From NCBI GenBank assembly GCA_965601515.1, contig CBFCWN010000007.1, positions 4,992 to 68,991 on the forward strand: a stretch of DNA of 64,000 nucleotides, in the 5' to 3' direction. Shown one piece after another: positions 54,501-62,261 of the stretch. How positions within the stretch are numbered: the stretch's first letter is position 1; each line of letters starts with the position of its first letter. A model generated the notes under the pieces. The model worked only from the letters and a program-made list of their open reading frames with translations. It did not search any database and was not told where the DNA came from. Made by a program: the position numbers and the translations under genes. The stretch comes from an uncultured Myxococcales bacterium. GTDB lineage: Bacteria; Myxococcota_A; Polyangia; Polyangiales; Houyiibacteriaceae.

Positions 54501-54570
54501 CGAGGCTGGCGACGCGCCCGGCTATCGGCGCTGGCTCTCCGCGAGCAAAACACTCCGCGCGAGCCTCTAG
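51544..54570 (+). CDS. Ser/Thr protein kinase with two zinc ribbons, an AAA/STAND-type P-loop ATPase region and TPR repeats
   Basis: The N-terminal ribbon is CHQCG...CSACG. Kinase motifs present are GVGGMGRVYKA, VAVK, HRDLKPEN, DFGLA and SPEQ. The second ribbon is CPSCG...CGECG. The Walker A is GEPGVGKT. The C-terminal TPR-like helices include YRRALEIAR and YRRALELFG. Confidence 0.9.
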   Translation: MGYAAEVRLCHQCGASVGDSARFCSACGASFDEGDRDGSADPLVGRVVGGSYLLQEVVGVGGMGRVYKAEQSTLGRTVAVKVIHPHLLGDEQTVARFYQEARASSRLNHPHSVSIIDFGRTDDGILYLAMEFLSGKDLALVMHEEGPLALDRICNILINTLDALGEAHELGIVHRDLKPENIILRPLRSGEDLVKVVDFGLATILGKESSITKPGLVCGTPDYMSPEQGRGDNVDGRGDLYALGVVLFELIVGHLPYIDDTPTRVVLRHLNDPVPDPRRVNPRRNVPDRLAELTMKALAKRASERFQVARDMQEALRGALEEMRVQPSSVTPCPSCGAPVAGAQNFCGECGSRLTEAEPALGSNRSIRPSFYPPLGSQRDFVGRGEQLQQIRESRHTATQGAHWVHVYGEPGVGKTRFLTEIAEVAAAEGDLVVGAGAHPTGAPVPYAAIRTVLTELLEVDDSELARMAKRSDEIGSTLAAAGIDEVMNPQGVSSGDGRSRTGAVAEALASAVRRSRGRASSGRVMLIIDDLNHCDGLTQRSVIELARVLGSEPVLLVTAADHDRGVLANENLHLEGFTSEEAERFLAGSYHLRLVSGLTELAASMGGNILPLHLEQLEALGISPDDGPPPRLADAIAQRIERLDVEGQRLLQSAAVLGRTCDLDTLREVAGDDDLRGLDELVGNSLVQLDGTKASITHPFIAELVAATIPAEARREVHRRAFEVLSELRAPEEVRSAHAYRGVDAVTSLVVLEKAGDAASARGDHLGAVLEYRRALEIARRETLESGDTVYDTAIATFSRKLGEALARAGDPSGADGVLREAMDLTAPTSPDRAKMLLSLGRIASRRDRPRDAMRHFGQALELVAGVEPDVESHLQVAIGRVRRIDGDPHHAANAYRRALELFGELGASGDVLLRTRLELADALTAAGDHEAAAAELRTVERDGKIDGLTGLVARAVGMLGSVDELAGRARDAQVRYEEAASLAAEAGDAPGYRRWLSASKTLRASL

Positions 54571-54617
54571 TTTCGAGTAAGACCTCGGCCTCGTGAGCCT
54601 TCCTCGACCACTCTGCT

Positions 54618-55190
54618 ATGCTCGCGCGCATGCGGCGTGGCTGGTGGATAGGCGCCCTCATCGCCACCTTGGGTTGTGACACGCTCGGAGAGTTCCAGAC
54701 CGGCGACGGCGAGGTCTACCGGGGAAGCATCATCGGCGTGAACGATCCCGACAACTGCCCCGATGGCATCGACTGCTCCTTCATTCGCCGGGGCTTCCCA
54801 TCCGATGTGACGCTCGATCTCACGTTCGACCCCAACCAGCAATACGCCGACCCAGGAACGGTTTCCACCTCCGGGGAAGACTGCGGACCCACGTTCACCG
54901 ATACCCCGCTTCTCCCGATTCCCCCTCTCGCTCACGATCAGCTCGGCCTCTACGAGTTCCCGGGCGGTGGGAGGATTCGAAACTACATGTTCGTGCTGAG
55001 GCCGGAGGACGGCCCGCTTGCGGGACGCGACGCAATGGCGTTCCTATCGCTGATTCGGGGTGGCGACGTCGAAGTACGCATCGTCGCGGGCCCGGGCCTC
55101 GAGATTTGCGATCCGGCGGACTGTGCGGCCATCGATGCCGGGGAATGTGACTACTTCGGGGTCTGGCGTCTCGGAAAGCAGGGACTCTGA
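54618..55190 (+). CDS. Cys-rich lipoprotein, function unknown
   Basis: The lipobox is IATLGC. The mature part has eight further Cys. The stop overlaps the tsaD start by 1 nt. Confidence 0.6.
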   Translation: MLARMRRGWWIGALIATLGCDTLGEFQTGDGEVYRGSIIGVNDPDNCPDGIDCSFIRRGFPSDVTLDLTFDPNQQYADPGTVSTSGEDCGPTFTDTPLLPIPPLAHDQLGLYEFPGGGRIRNYMFVLRPEDGPLAGRDAMAFLSLIRGGDVEVRIVAGPGLEICDPADCAAIDAGECDYFGVWRLGKQGL

Positions 55191-56269
55191 TGCGGGTGCT
55201 GGGGATCGAAAGCTCCTGCGACGAAACCGCGGCGGCTCTCGTCACGGAAAGTGGCGAAGTCCTGGCCGACGTCGTCGCGAGCCAGATCAAAACGCACAGC
55301 CCCTACGGCGGCATCGTTCCCGAGCTCGCTTCCCGTGCGCACATGCAGGCGATCATCCCGGTCGTCCGACAGGCTCTCGCAGAGCTTCCCGACGGGCTCG
55401 ACGGTGTCGACGCGGTCGCGGTGACGCAGGGCCCAGGGCTCGTCGGCTCGCTCTTGGTGGGCGTGCAGGTTGCCAAGGCGCTCGCGTGGAGCCTCGACAA
55501 GCCGCTCGTCGGCGTGAACCACCTCGATGGTCACCTCTTCGCGGTATACCTCCAGCGTCCAGCGAAGGGCATCGAAGAGGTCCCGACGATGCCGTACATC
55601 GGTCTGCTGGTGAGCGGAGGTCATTCCGCGCTCTACCGAGTCGACGGATTCGACGACATCTCGCTTCTGGCTCAGACGCGGGACGACGCGGCCGGGGAGG
55701 CGTTCGACAAGGTCGCCAAGCTCCTTGGGCTCGGTTATCCGGGCGGGCCGGTCATCGACAAACTCGCGGCCAAGGGCGATCCGAAGGCCGTGGCGTTTCC
55801 GATGCCGATGGCATCTCGAAAGACGCTCGAATTCAGTTTCTCCGGCCTGAAGACGGCGCTGGCGCGGTACGTGCAAACCCAAGGCGTCCCTGACGACGAG
55901 CAGGCGCTCGCCGACCTGTGCGCGTCGTTCCAGGGCGTCATCGTCGAGAGCCTGGTGCGCAAGTCGCTCTTGGCCTGCGAACAGGAAAAGCTCCAGCAGC
56001 TCGTCATCACGGGCGGCGTCGCCGCCAATCGCGGGCTTCGTGCGCGGGCTCGCGAAGCCTGTGAGGAGAAGGGGATCCGACTCTTCGTCCCGCCGCCCAT
56101 TTCGTGTACCGACAACGCTGCGATGATCGCGATGGCCGCAGCGCGACGTCTAGCGGCCGGCGAGCGTGACGACCTTTCGTTCGCGGTCTATTCCCGCGAC
56201 CCCGAGCGGCGTCGCGGGAAGTTCCGTCCGGACGGGACCCTCGTCGAGCGCACCTCTGATGCAGACTGA
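55190..56269 (+). CDS. tsaD: tRNA N6-adenosine threonylcarbamoyltransferase
   Basis: The sequence carries MRVLGIESSCDETAAALV...GGIVPELASRAH...GPGLVGSLLVG...VSGGHS... Confidence 0.95.
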   Translation: MRVLGIESSCDETAAALVTESGEVLADVVASQIKTHSPYGGIVPELASRAHMQAIIPVVRQALAELPDGLDGVDAVAVTQGPGLVGSLLVGVQVAKALAWSLDKPLVGVNHLDGHLFAVYLQRPAKGIEEVPTMPYIGLLVSGGHSALYRVDGFDDISLLAQTRDDAAGEAFDKVAKLLGLGYPGGPVIDKLAAKGDPKAVAFPMPMASRKTLEFSFSGLKTALARYVQTQGVPDDEQALADLCASFQGVIVESLVRKSLLACEQEKLQQLVITGGVAANRGLRARAREACEEKGIRLFVPPPISCTDNAAMIAMAAARRLAAGERDDLSFAVYSRDPERRRGKFRPDGTLVERTSDAD

Positions 56270-58544
56270 CCGCGTCGAGCCGATCGGCACCTCGTACGTC
56301 GAGGTGGCTCTGCCGGTGCCGCTTCGGCGCGTGTTCACGTACGCCGTACCCGATGCGCTGAAGGGCAAGCTCCGCTGCGGCAATCGAGTCGCGGTTTCGT
56401 TCAACCGTCGCAAGCTCGCGGGCGTCGTCGTGTCTGGACGGGACGACCTGCCCGATGGGGTGAAGCGCGCGCTTTCGGTCGCCGGGACTCTCGAGCCGGA
56501 GCCCGTCTTCACGCCCGAGCTCCTCAGGTTCCTCGAGCAGGCTGCGAAGTACTACATGCATCCGCTCGGTGAGGTGCTGCGTGCGGCGGCGCCGGCGCTT
56601 CCGACGGGCGCGATGAAACGGCTTCGCAGCGACGGCTTTCTCGACGCTGAAGAGAGTCTCCCGGGCGAGCGCGTCGCGCACCACACGACCTGGTCGATCA
56701 CCGCGGCGGACGGCAGCGAAGAAGGACACCGACTCGGTGCGCGGCAAAAGCGCGCGCTCGATTTCGTGCGGTCCGAAGGTTCGGTGCTGCTCGACCAGCT
56801 GCGTACCGAGGTGAAAGACCCCCGCTCGGTGGTTCGTTCGCTCGCAAACAAGGGGCTCCTCACCTACGAGGAGATCCAAGTGCACGCCGATCCGTTCTTT
56901 CGAACGCCGGTCGATCGCGACACGCCGCCCGATCCGACCGCAGCCCAACAGCACGCGATCGATCGTATTTGCGAGGCGCTACGCGGCGGTGAGGCCGAGT
57001 CTTTTCTTCTTCACGGCGTCACGGGTTCTGGCAAGACCGAGGTGTATCTACGAGCGATCGATCAGGTGCGCGAATCAGGCGGCGGCGCCATCCTCCTCGT
57101 CCCGGAAATCGCGCTGACGCCGCAGCTGGTGGGCCGCTTTCGTGCGCGTTTCGGCGATGACATCGCAGTCCTCCACAGTGGTCTCACGGCGCGTCAGCGC
57201 GAGGACGCGTGGCAGTCGCTTCGGCGCGGCCGGGTGCAGGTCGCGATCGGTGCCCGTTCGGCGCTCTTTGCACCCGTTGCGAACCTTCGTCTCATCGTCG
57301 TCGACGAAGAGCACGACCCGTCGTTCAAACAGGACGAAGGATTTCGCTACCACGCTCGCGACATGGCGCTCCTTCGCGCCCAGTACGCAGGCGCGGTGTC
57401 GGTGCTCGGGAGTGCGACACCTTCGGTCGAAAGCTATCACCGGGCGATCGAGGGGAAGCTGCAGCTGCTGTCGCTTCCGAGCCGCGCGACGGGCGCGACA
57501 CTTCCGAAGGTCGAGCTGGTGGACCTTCGCCGCCACCGCCACGGTCCGTCCGGCCACCCCTGGCTCTCGGGGCCACTCCATTCGGCGCTCGACAGATGCC
57601 TGCGGGGGGGCCATCAGGCGATCCTGTTTCTCAACCGCCGCGGCTTCTCGCCGAGCGTTCGGTGCGTCGAGTGCGGAACCATTGCCGAGTGCCCGGCCTG
57701 CAGCGTCGCGCTGACCGAGCATCGTTCCCAGCGTGCGCTGCGCTGTCACTACTGCGACTTCCATCGACCGATGAACGGCCCCTGCGCCTCGTGCTCCGGC
57801 CGAGAGTACCGCGAGCTCGGGGTCGGAACGGAGCAGTTGCAGCAGGCGGTCGAGGCGTGCTTTCCGGACGCTCGCGTGGCACGGCTCGACCGGGACACCG
57901 CCTCGAAGGACGGCGTCGAAGAGGTGCTCGATCAGCTTCGGCGCCGCGACGTCGACGTGCTGGTCGGTACCCAAATGGTCACGAAAGGCCACGACATTCC
58001 CGGGGTCACCCTGGTTGGAGTCGTGCTCGCCGACCAGAGTCTCGCATTCCCCGACTTCCGGGCCGCCGAGCGCACCTTCCAGCTGCTCGCTCAGGTAGCC
58101 GGGCGGGCCGGTCGCGCAGAAGCGTCCGGAGAAGTGGTTCTCCAGACCTTCCAGCCCGAGCATGCGGCGGTTCGGCTCGCGGCGGAGCACGACTACGAAC
58201 GCTTCTATGCCGCCGAGGTCGAGCAGCGACGCGAGGTGGGTTATCCGCCCTTCGCGCGCCTCGTCACGGTTCGCGTACATGCGGGCGCGGAGCTCGAAGC
58301 GAAGCGGGCTACTCAGCAGCTCGCCGACGTCGCTCGCACCCATCCCGCAGTTCGAGAAGGCGCCGTCCAGGTGTTGGGACCCGCGCCCGCGCCGTTGGCG
58401 AGACTGCGAGGGCGCTACCACTACCGGCTCCTCCTCAAGTCTGCCGACCGAAAGCTGCTCCGCCAGGTTGCGGCGCTGCTCGCCGCCCGGATCGACGAGG
58501 GCCTCTCGCCCGCTCACGCGACGCTAGACATCGACCCGCTCTAG
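56259..58544 (+). CDS. priA: Primosomal replication-restart helicase PriA
   Basis: The N-terminus is YVEVALPVPLRRVFTYAVP. The Walker A is GVTGSGKTEVY. The DEEH box is VVDEEHD. The Cys-rich region is CVECG...CPAC...CHYC...CASC. The start is ATG 56259, overlapping tsaD by 11 nt. Confidence 0.94.
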   Translation: MQTDRVEPIGTSYVEVALPVPLRRVFTYAVPDALKGKLRCGNRVAVSFNRRKLAGVVVSGRDDLPDGVKRALSVAGTLEPEPVFTPELLRFLEQAAKYYMHPLGEVLRAAAPALPTGAMKRLRSDGFLDAEESLPGERVAHHTTWSITAADGSEEGHRLGARQKRALDFVRSEGSVLLDQLRTEVKDPRSVVRSLANKGLLTYEEIQVHADPFFRTPVDRDTPPDPTAAQQHAIDRICEALRGGEAESFLLHGVTGSGKTEVYLRAIDQVRESGGGAILLVPEIALTPQLVGRFRARFGDDIAVLHSGLTARQREDAWQSLRRGRVQVAIGARSALFAPVANLRLIVVDEEHDPSFKQDEGFRYHARDMALLRAQYAGAVSVLGSATPSVESYHRAIEGKLQLLSLPSRATGATLPKVELVDLRRHRHGPSGHPWLSGPLHSALDRCLRGGHQAILFLNRRGFSPSVRCVECGTIAECPACSVALTEHRSQRALRCHYCDFHRPMNGPCASCSGREYRELGVGTEQLQQAVEACFPDARVARLDRDTASKDGVEEVLDQLRRRDVDVLVGTQMVTKGHDIPGVTLVGVVLADQSLAFPDFRAAERTFQLLAQVAGRAGRAEASGEVVLQTFQPEHAAVRLAAEHDYERFYAAEVEQRREVGYPPFARLVTVRVHAGAELEAKRATQQLADVARTHPAVREGAVQVLGPAPAPLARLRGRYHYRLLLKSADRKLLRQVAALLAARIDEGLSPAHATLDIDPL

Positions 58545-58952
58545 GATGACGAGCGGAATGTGCCGGTTCACGTTCTTCTTGTAGTCGCGCCAGTGTGGAT
58601 TGTACGTCTCTGCGTCTGGCCATATGCGCGCGTACTCTTCTTCGGTCACCTCGCGCGCCCTCACCGACGCCGTCTTTCGTCCGATTTGAATTTTCGCGAG
58701 CGGGTCGGCTTGCAGATTCAGCCACCAGGCGGGAGGCGTTTCCTTGCCGCCGTTCGATGCGTAGATCACCCGCGCGTCGCCCACGGGCATGTATACGAGC
58801 GGAGTCGTGCGTTCGAGCCCTGACTTCCGTCCGGTCGTAGTGAGCAACAGCACCTGTCGACCAAGGCCGAGATTGCTGACGAAGCGGCCCCCGAGAGCCT
58901 TGTAGAGTTTGGTGTGGATACGGCCGAAGGTCCGCCAGTCGCGTCCGCTCAT
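58524..58952 (-). CDS. Ddn/FDOR-A-like deazaflavin (F420H2)-dependent nitroreductase-family oxidoreductase
   Basis: The sequence carries ...VLLLTTTGRKSGLERTTPLVYMPVGDARVIYASNGGKETPPAWWLNLQADP... It is 142 aa. The start overlaps the kstD-like stop (ATGA). The 3' end overlaps convergent priA by 21 nt. Confidence 0.8.
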   Translation of the reverse strand: MSGRDWRTFGRIHTKLYKALGGRFVSNLGLGRQVLLLTTTGRKSGLERTTPLVYMPVGDARVIYASNGGKETPPAWWLNLQADPLAKIQIGRKTASVRAREVTEEEYARIWPDAETYNPHWRDYKKNVNRHIPLVILERVDV

Positions 58953-60679
58953 TCGGCGGCTTCCTTTTCGCTAGCGGCAGGCTCTCGTTGCGCCGCGTCC
59001 TCGGCGGCGAGAAAACCGAACGTGAGCGCGGGGCCGATGGTTCCGCCTGCGCCTGGATACGTGCGCCCCATGACGGATGCGGTGGAGTTGCCGGCCGCGT
59101 AGAGACCTTCGATGACGTCGCCGTTTTCTTTGAGCACGCGTGCACGCGCGTCGGTGATGAGCCCCCCCTTGGTGCCGAGGTCGCCCGGGTAGATCTGGAC
59201 TGCATAGAAGGGGCCCGTCTCGATGGGCCCGAGCGCACAGTTTGGCTTCACAGCAGGGTCGCCGTAGTAGCGGTCCTGGGCGCTCCACCCACGGTTGAAA
59301 TCAGGGTCTTCACCTTTCACCGCATACTCGTTGAAGCGCTGAATCGACGCCTTTGCGGCCTCTGCGGGGATGTCGAGCTGCTCGCAGAGCTCGTCGAGCG
59401 TCTTGGCCTTGTAGAGGTAGCTGCCGTCGCGGTAGCGGCGCGGGAGCTGCTTGTCCGGCATCACCTTACCGGGCGCCACCGGCCCGGCGATGGAAGAGTG
59501 CCGGTACGTCGCGTCGAAGATGTGGAACCAGCGTGGGTTCTCAGCTCCGGTCTTGGCGACGTCGTCGTACATCCCGTTCACGACGTCGATGTACGGCGCT
59601 GCCTCGTTCGTGAACCGCTTGCCGTCCTGATTGAGAAAGAGCCCGTGAGGCAGACTCTTTTCGACGACGAGTACCCAGGCGAAAGGTGACCGTGGAACGA
59701 GCGAGACGGGCGTCCACCAGGCCTCATCCATCAGCCCGAGCTTTCCACCCGCATCGCGCCCCATTCGGATGGCGTCTCCCGTGTTCGACGGGGTGCCGGC
59801 GGTCCAGTCCGTGGTGATTGGGCGTCGCTGATATTGCTGCCGCATCTCGAGGTTTCGCGAGAAGCCTCCAGCCGCCAACATCACGCCGCGGCTGGTTTTC
59901 ACACGCAGGAGGGTGCCTTCCTTGTTGATGACGGCGCCGATGACACGACCGTTCTCGAAGACGAGTTCCTCGACTCCGGTGTTGAGCCAGGCGGGAATGC
60001 TCCGCTCCTTCATCGACATGAGCATGCGGCCCATCAGCGAGTTGCCTGCGCAGAGTTTGGTATCGCGCCCCCAGCGCTTCCGTTTGAAGTGCCGGAGCAC
60101 GTAGAGGAACATCTGCCAAGCCATGAACATCATGGTCTTGAAGCCAACACCGATGGCGGCCTGAGCTTCGCGCGCGGTGATGCCGAACTTGCCGAGGATC
60201 TGCGACTGCGGGTGGGGGCGCCGAAGGCGAATCAGGTCGTCTCGTAGCTGCGCTCCGTCAAAGGGCACCGGGTCCATCGAGCGACCACCCGGTCGGCCGC
60301 CAGGCGCCTCTGGGTAGTAGTCGGTGTACTTCGCAAGGGGCACGTACGCGACGTGCGTCTTCTCGCTGAGGTAGGCGAGTACCCGCTTGCTCTCGCGGAT
60401 GTACAGCCAAAGCCTGTCGTCGGCCACTTCCCCTTTGGTGATGTGTTTGAGGTAGTTGAAGCCGTCTTCGTCGGAATCGGCAATGCCTTCCTTCGCCATC
60501 CCCGGGTTGTTGGCGACCCAGCAGACGCCTCCGGACATCGCTGTGTTGCCCCCGTAGAGATCGCTCTTTTCGACCAGCAGCACGTCGAGCCCGAGGTCGT
60601 GCGCGCGAATCGCGGTGCTCATGCCCGCGGCGCCGCTTCCCATCACGAGTAAATCGACTGTCCGGTCCCACTCCGCCAT
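58949..60679 (-). CDS. kstD: FAD-dependent 3-ketosteroid Delta1-dehydrogenase (KstD)-family oxidoreductase
   Basis: The N-terminal FAD fold is VDLLVMGSGAAGMSTAIRAHDLGLDVLLVEKSDLYGGNTAMSGG. The C-terminus is GPFYAVQIYPGDLGTKGGLITD...GLYAAGNSTASVMGRTYPGAGGTIG. ATG 60679 is preceded by AAGGAG. The track start (60724) lies inside the operator palindrome. Confidence 0.75.
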   Translation of the reverse strand: MAEWDRTVDLLVMGSGAAGMSTAIRAHDLGLDVLLVEKSDLYGGNTAMSGGVCWVANNPGMAKEGIADSDEDGFNYLKHITKGEVADDRLWLYIRESKRVLAYLSEKTHVAYVPLAKYTDYYPEAPGGRPGGRSMDPVPFDGAQLRDDLIRLRRPHPQSQILGKFGITAREAQAAIGVGFKTMMFMAWQMFLYVLRHFKRKRWGRDTKLCAGNSLMGRMLMSMKERSIPAWLNTGVEELVFENGRVIGAVINKEGTLLRVKTSRGVMLAAGGFSRNLEMRQQYQRRPITTDWTAGTPSNTGDAIRMGRDAGGKLGLMDEAWWTPVSLVPRSPFAWVLVVEKSLPHGLFLNQDGKRFTNEAAPYIDVVNGMYDDVAKTGAENPRWFHIFDATYRHSSIAGPVAPGKVMPDKQLPRRYRDGSYLYKAKTLDELCEQLDIPAEAAKASIQRFNEYAVKGEDPDFNRGWSAQDRYYGDPAVKPNCALGPIETGPFYAVQIYPGDLGTKGGLITDARARVLKENGDVIEGLYAAGNSTASVMGRTYPGAGGTIGPALTFGFLAAEDAAQREPAASEKEAAE

Positions 60680-60704
60680 CTGCGGCGCTCCTTTGCTGGC
60701 TACG

Positions 60705-60730
60705 GTTCTAGGAAAATAGAACATGTTCTA
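60705..60730. promoter_or_regulatory. KstR-type (TetR-family) operator candidate: perfect palindrome TAGAACATGTTCTA plus an extra half-site
   Basis: TAGAACATGTTCTA at 60717-60730 fits TnnAACnnGTTnnA. A third half-site TAGAAC (minus-strand reading of 60705-60710) lies 6 nt away. The palindrome is 37 nt upstream of the kstD-like ATG. Confidence 0.55.
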
Positions 60731-60748
60731 GCGACGGTGCGATGTCAA
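60720..60748 (-). promoter_or_regulatory. Candidate sigma70-type promoter of the kstD-like operon
   Basis: On the minus strand there is a perfect -35 TTGACA (60748-60743). A 17-nt spacer follows, then CATGTT (60725-60720) as a weak -10. The -10 and part of the spacer are covered by the palindrome. Confidence 0.4.
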
Positions 60749-60796
60749 TCCCCGCCGGATCTTGCGGGCCATGGTCCCAAGGCTTAAGTAGTCGAG

Positions 60797-61312
60797 GTGA
60801 TTCGGCCCATCCTCACGTACCCCGACAAACGGCTCCGAGAGCCGGGCAAAGACGTGGACGTCTTCGACGACGAGCTGCGCACGCTGATCGACGACATGGC
60901 CGAAACCATGTACGCCGCGCCCGGCGTCGGCCTCGCTGCCACCCAGATCGGGGTGGCAAAGCGCCTCTTCATCGTCGACACCGCCACCAGCGACGACGAG
61001 CCGAGCGACCTCCGGGTCTTCATCAATCCCGAGATCGTGGCGATCGAAGGCGAGACCACCTTCAACGAAGGCTGCCTCTCGTTCCCCGGTGCGACCGAAG
61101 AAGTCGAGCGGGCCGCTAAGGTCACCGTGCGTGCGCTCGACCAGGACGGTACTCCCTTCGAGCTCGAGGCCGAAGGGCTTCTCGCGATTGCGATTCAGCA
61201 CGAGAACGACCACCTCGACGGCAAGCTCATGATCGACCACCTGAGCATTCTACGCCGGCGGCTTCTCCACCGTGCCATGACCAAGCGAGCGGCGGCCGAC
61301 GCCGCGCAGTAG
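60797..61312 (+). CDS. def: Peptide deformylase
   Basis: The start is GTG. The three motifs are GVGLAATQIG, EGCLSFPG and HENDHLDG. Confidence 0.95.
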   Translation: MIRPILTYPDKRLREPGKDVDVFDDELRTLIDDMAETMYAAPGVGLAATQIGVAKRLFIVDTATSDDEPSDLRVFINPEIVAIEGETTFNEGCLSFPGATEEVERAAKVTVRALDQDGTPFELEAEGLLAIAIQHENDHLDGKLMIDHLSILRRRLLHRAMTKRAAADAAQ

Positions 61313-61316
61313 TTCG

Positions 61317-62261
61317 GTGCGCTCCATCTTCTTCGGGAGCCCGGAGTTCGCGGTGCCGTGTCTCGACGCGCTCCACGCCGTAAGCGACGTGGCGGCGGTG
61401 ATCTCGCAGCCCGACAAACCCGCAGGGCGAGGCCTTTCGATGCGGCCTCCGGCCGTCAAGGTGCGGGCGCTCGAGCTGGGTCTGGACGTTTGGCAACCGA
61501 AGAAGGTCCGCACGCCAGAGTTTGCGGAGAAACTCCGTGCGCTCGACGCCGACGTGGGCGTCGTCGTGGCGTATGGTCGCATTCTTCCTCGCGCCGTGCT
61601 CGACGCTCCGCGCCTCGGGTGCGTCAACGTTCATGCCTCGCTCCTGCCGAAGTGGAGGGGAGCCGCACCCATTCAATGGTCCATCGTTCACGGGGACGCC
61701 GAAACAGGCGTGACCCTGATGCAGATGGACGAGGGCATGGACACGGGGCCGATGCTCGCAAAGGCCGCCATCCCGATCGAGCGCACGGACGACGCGGCGT
61801 CTCTCAGTGCGCGCCTGTCCGAGCTCGGCGCCGAGCTTCTTCGCCGCGAGCTACCTCGCTACGTGGCTGGCGCGCTCACGCCAGAGCCGCAGGACGACTC
61901 GGTTACGACGATGGCGCCGCTGCTCGAAAAGAAGCATGGGCGTATCGATTGGACGCGGTCGGCGTCCGCGGTGCATGACCAGATTCGCGGGATGAATCCT
62001 TGGCCAGGCGCGTTCACGTCGCTTGGCGACCGCCGAATCAAGGTTCATCGAGCGATGCCGTCGACGCTCGATCCCGAGGGCGCAGCGCCCGGAGAGGTGA
62101 CGGCACTCGATCCGGAAGGCATTCTGGTCGCATGCGGCAGCGGCACGCTCGAAATTCAGGAGCTTCAGGAAAGCGGTCGCAAACGAGTTGACGCACGTGC
62201 TTTCATTACAGGGCGCGGGGTTGCGGTAGGCGACCGATTCTCTAGTGAAGGGACCTCATGA
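61317..62261 (+). CDS. fmt: Methionyl-tRNA formyltransferase
   Basis: The start is GTG. The sequence carries IFFGSPEFAVPCLDAL...QPDKPAGRG...NVHASLLPKWRGAAPIQW... Confidence 0.95.
   Translation: MRSIFFGSPEFAVPCLDALHAVSDVAAVISQPDKPAGRGLSMRPPAVKVRALELGLDVWQPKKVRTPEFAEKLRALDADVGVVVAYGRILPRAVLDAPRLGCVNVHASLLPKWRGAAPIQWSIVHGDAETGVTLMQMDEGMDTGPMLAKAAIPIERTDDAASLSARLSELGAELLRRELPRYVAGALTPEPQDDSVTTMAPLLEKKHGRIDWTRSASAVHDQIRGMNPWPGAFTSLGDRRIKVHRAMPSTLDPEGAAPGEVTALDPEGILVACGSGTLEIQELQESGRKRVDARAFITGRGVAVGDRFSSEGTS

Noticed and set aside
57075-58549. 480-aa minus-strand and 446-aa plus-strand alternative-frame ORFs
   Set aside because: Both overlap priA, whose Walker A, DEEH and Cys4 motifs fix the true frame. 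The alternatives are Arg/Pro-rich artefacts.
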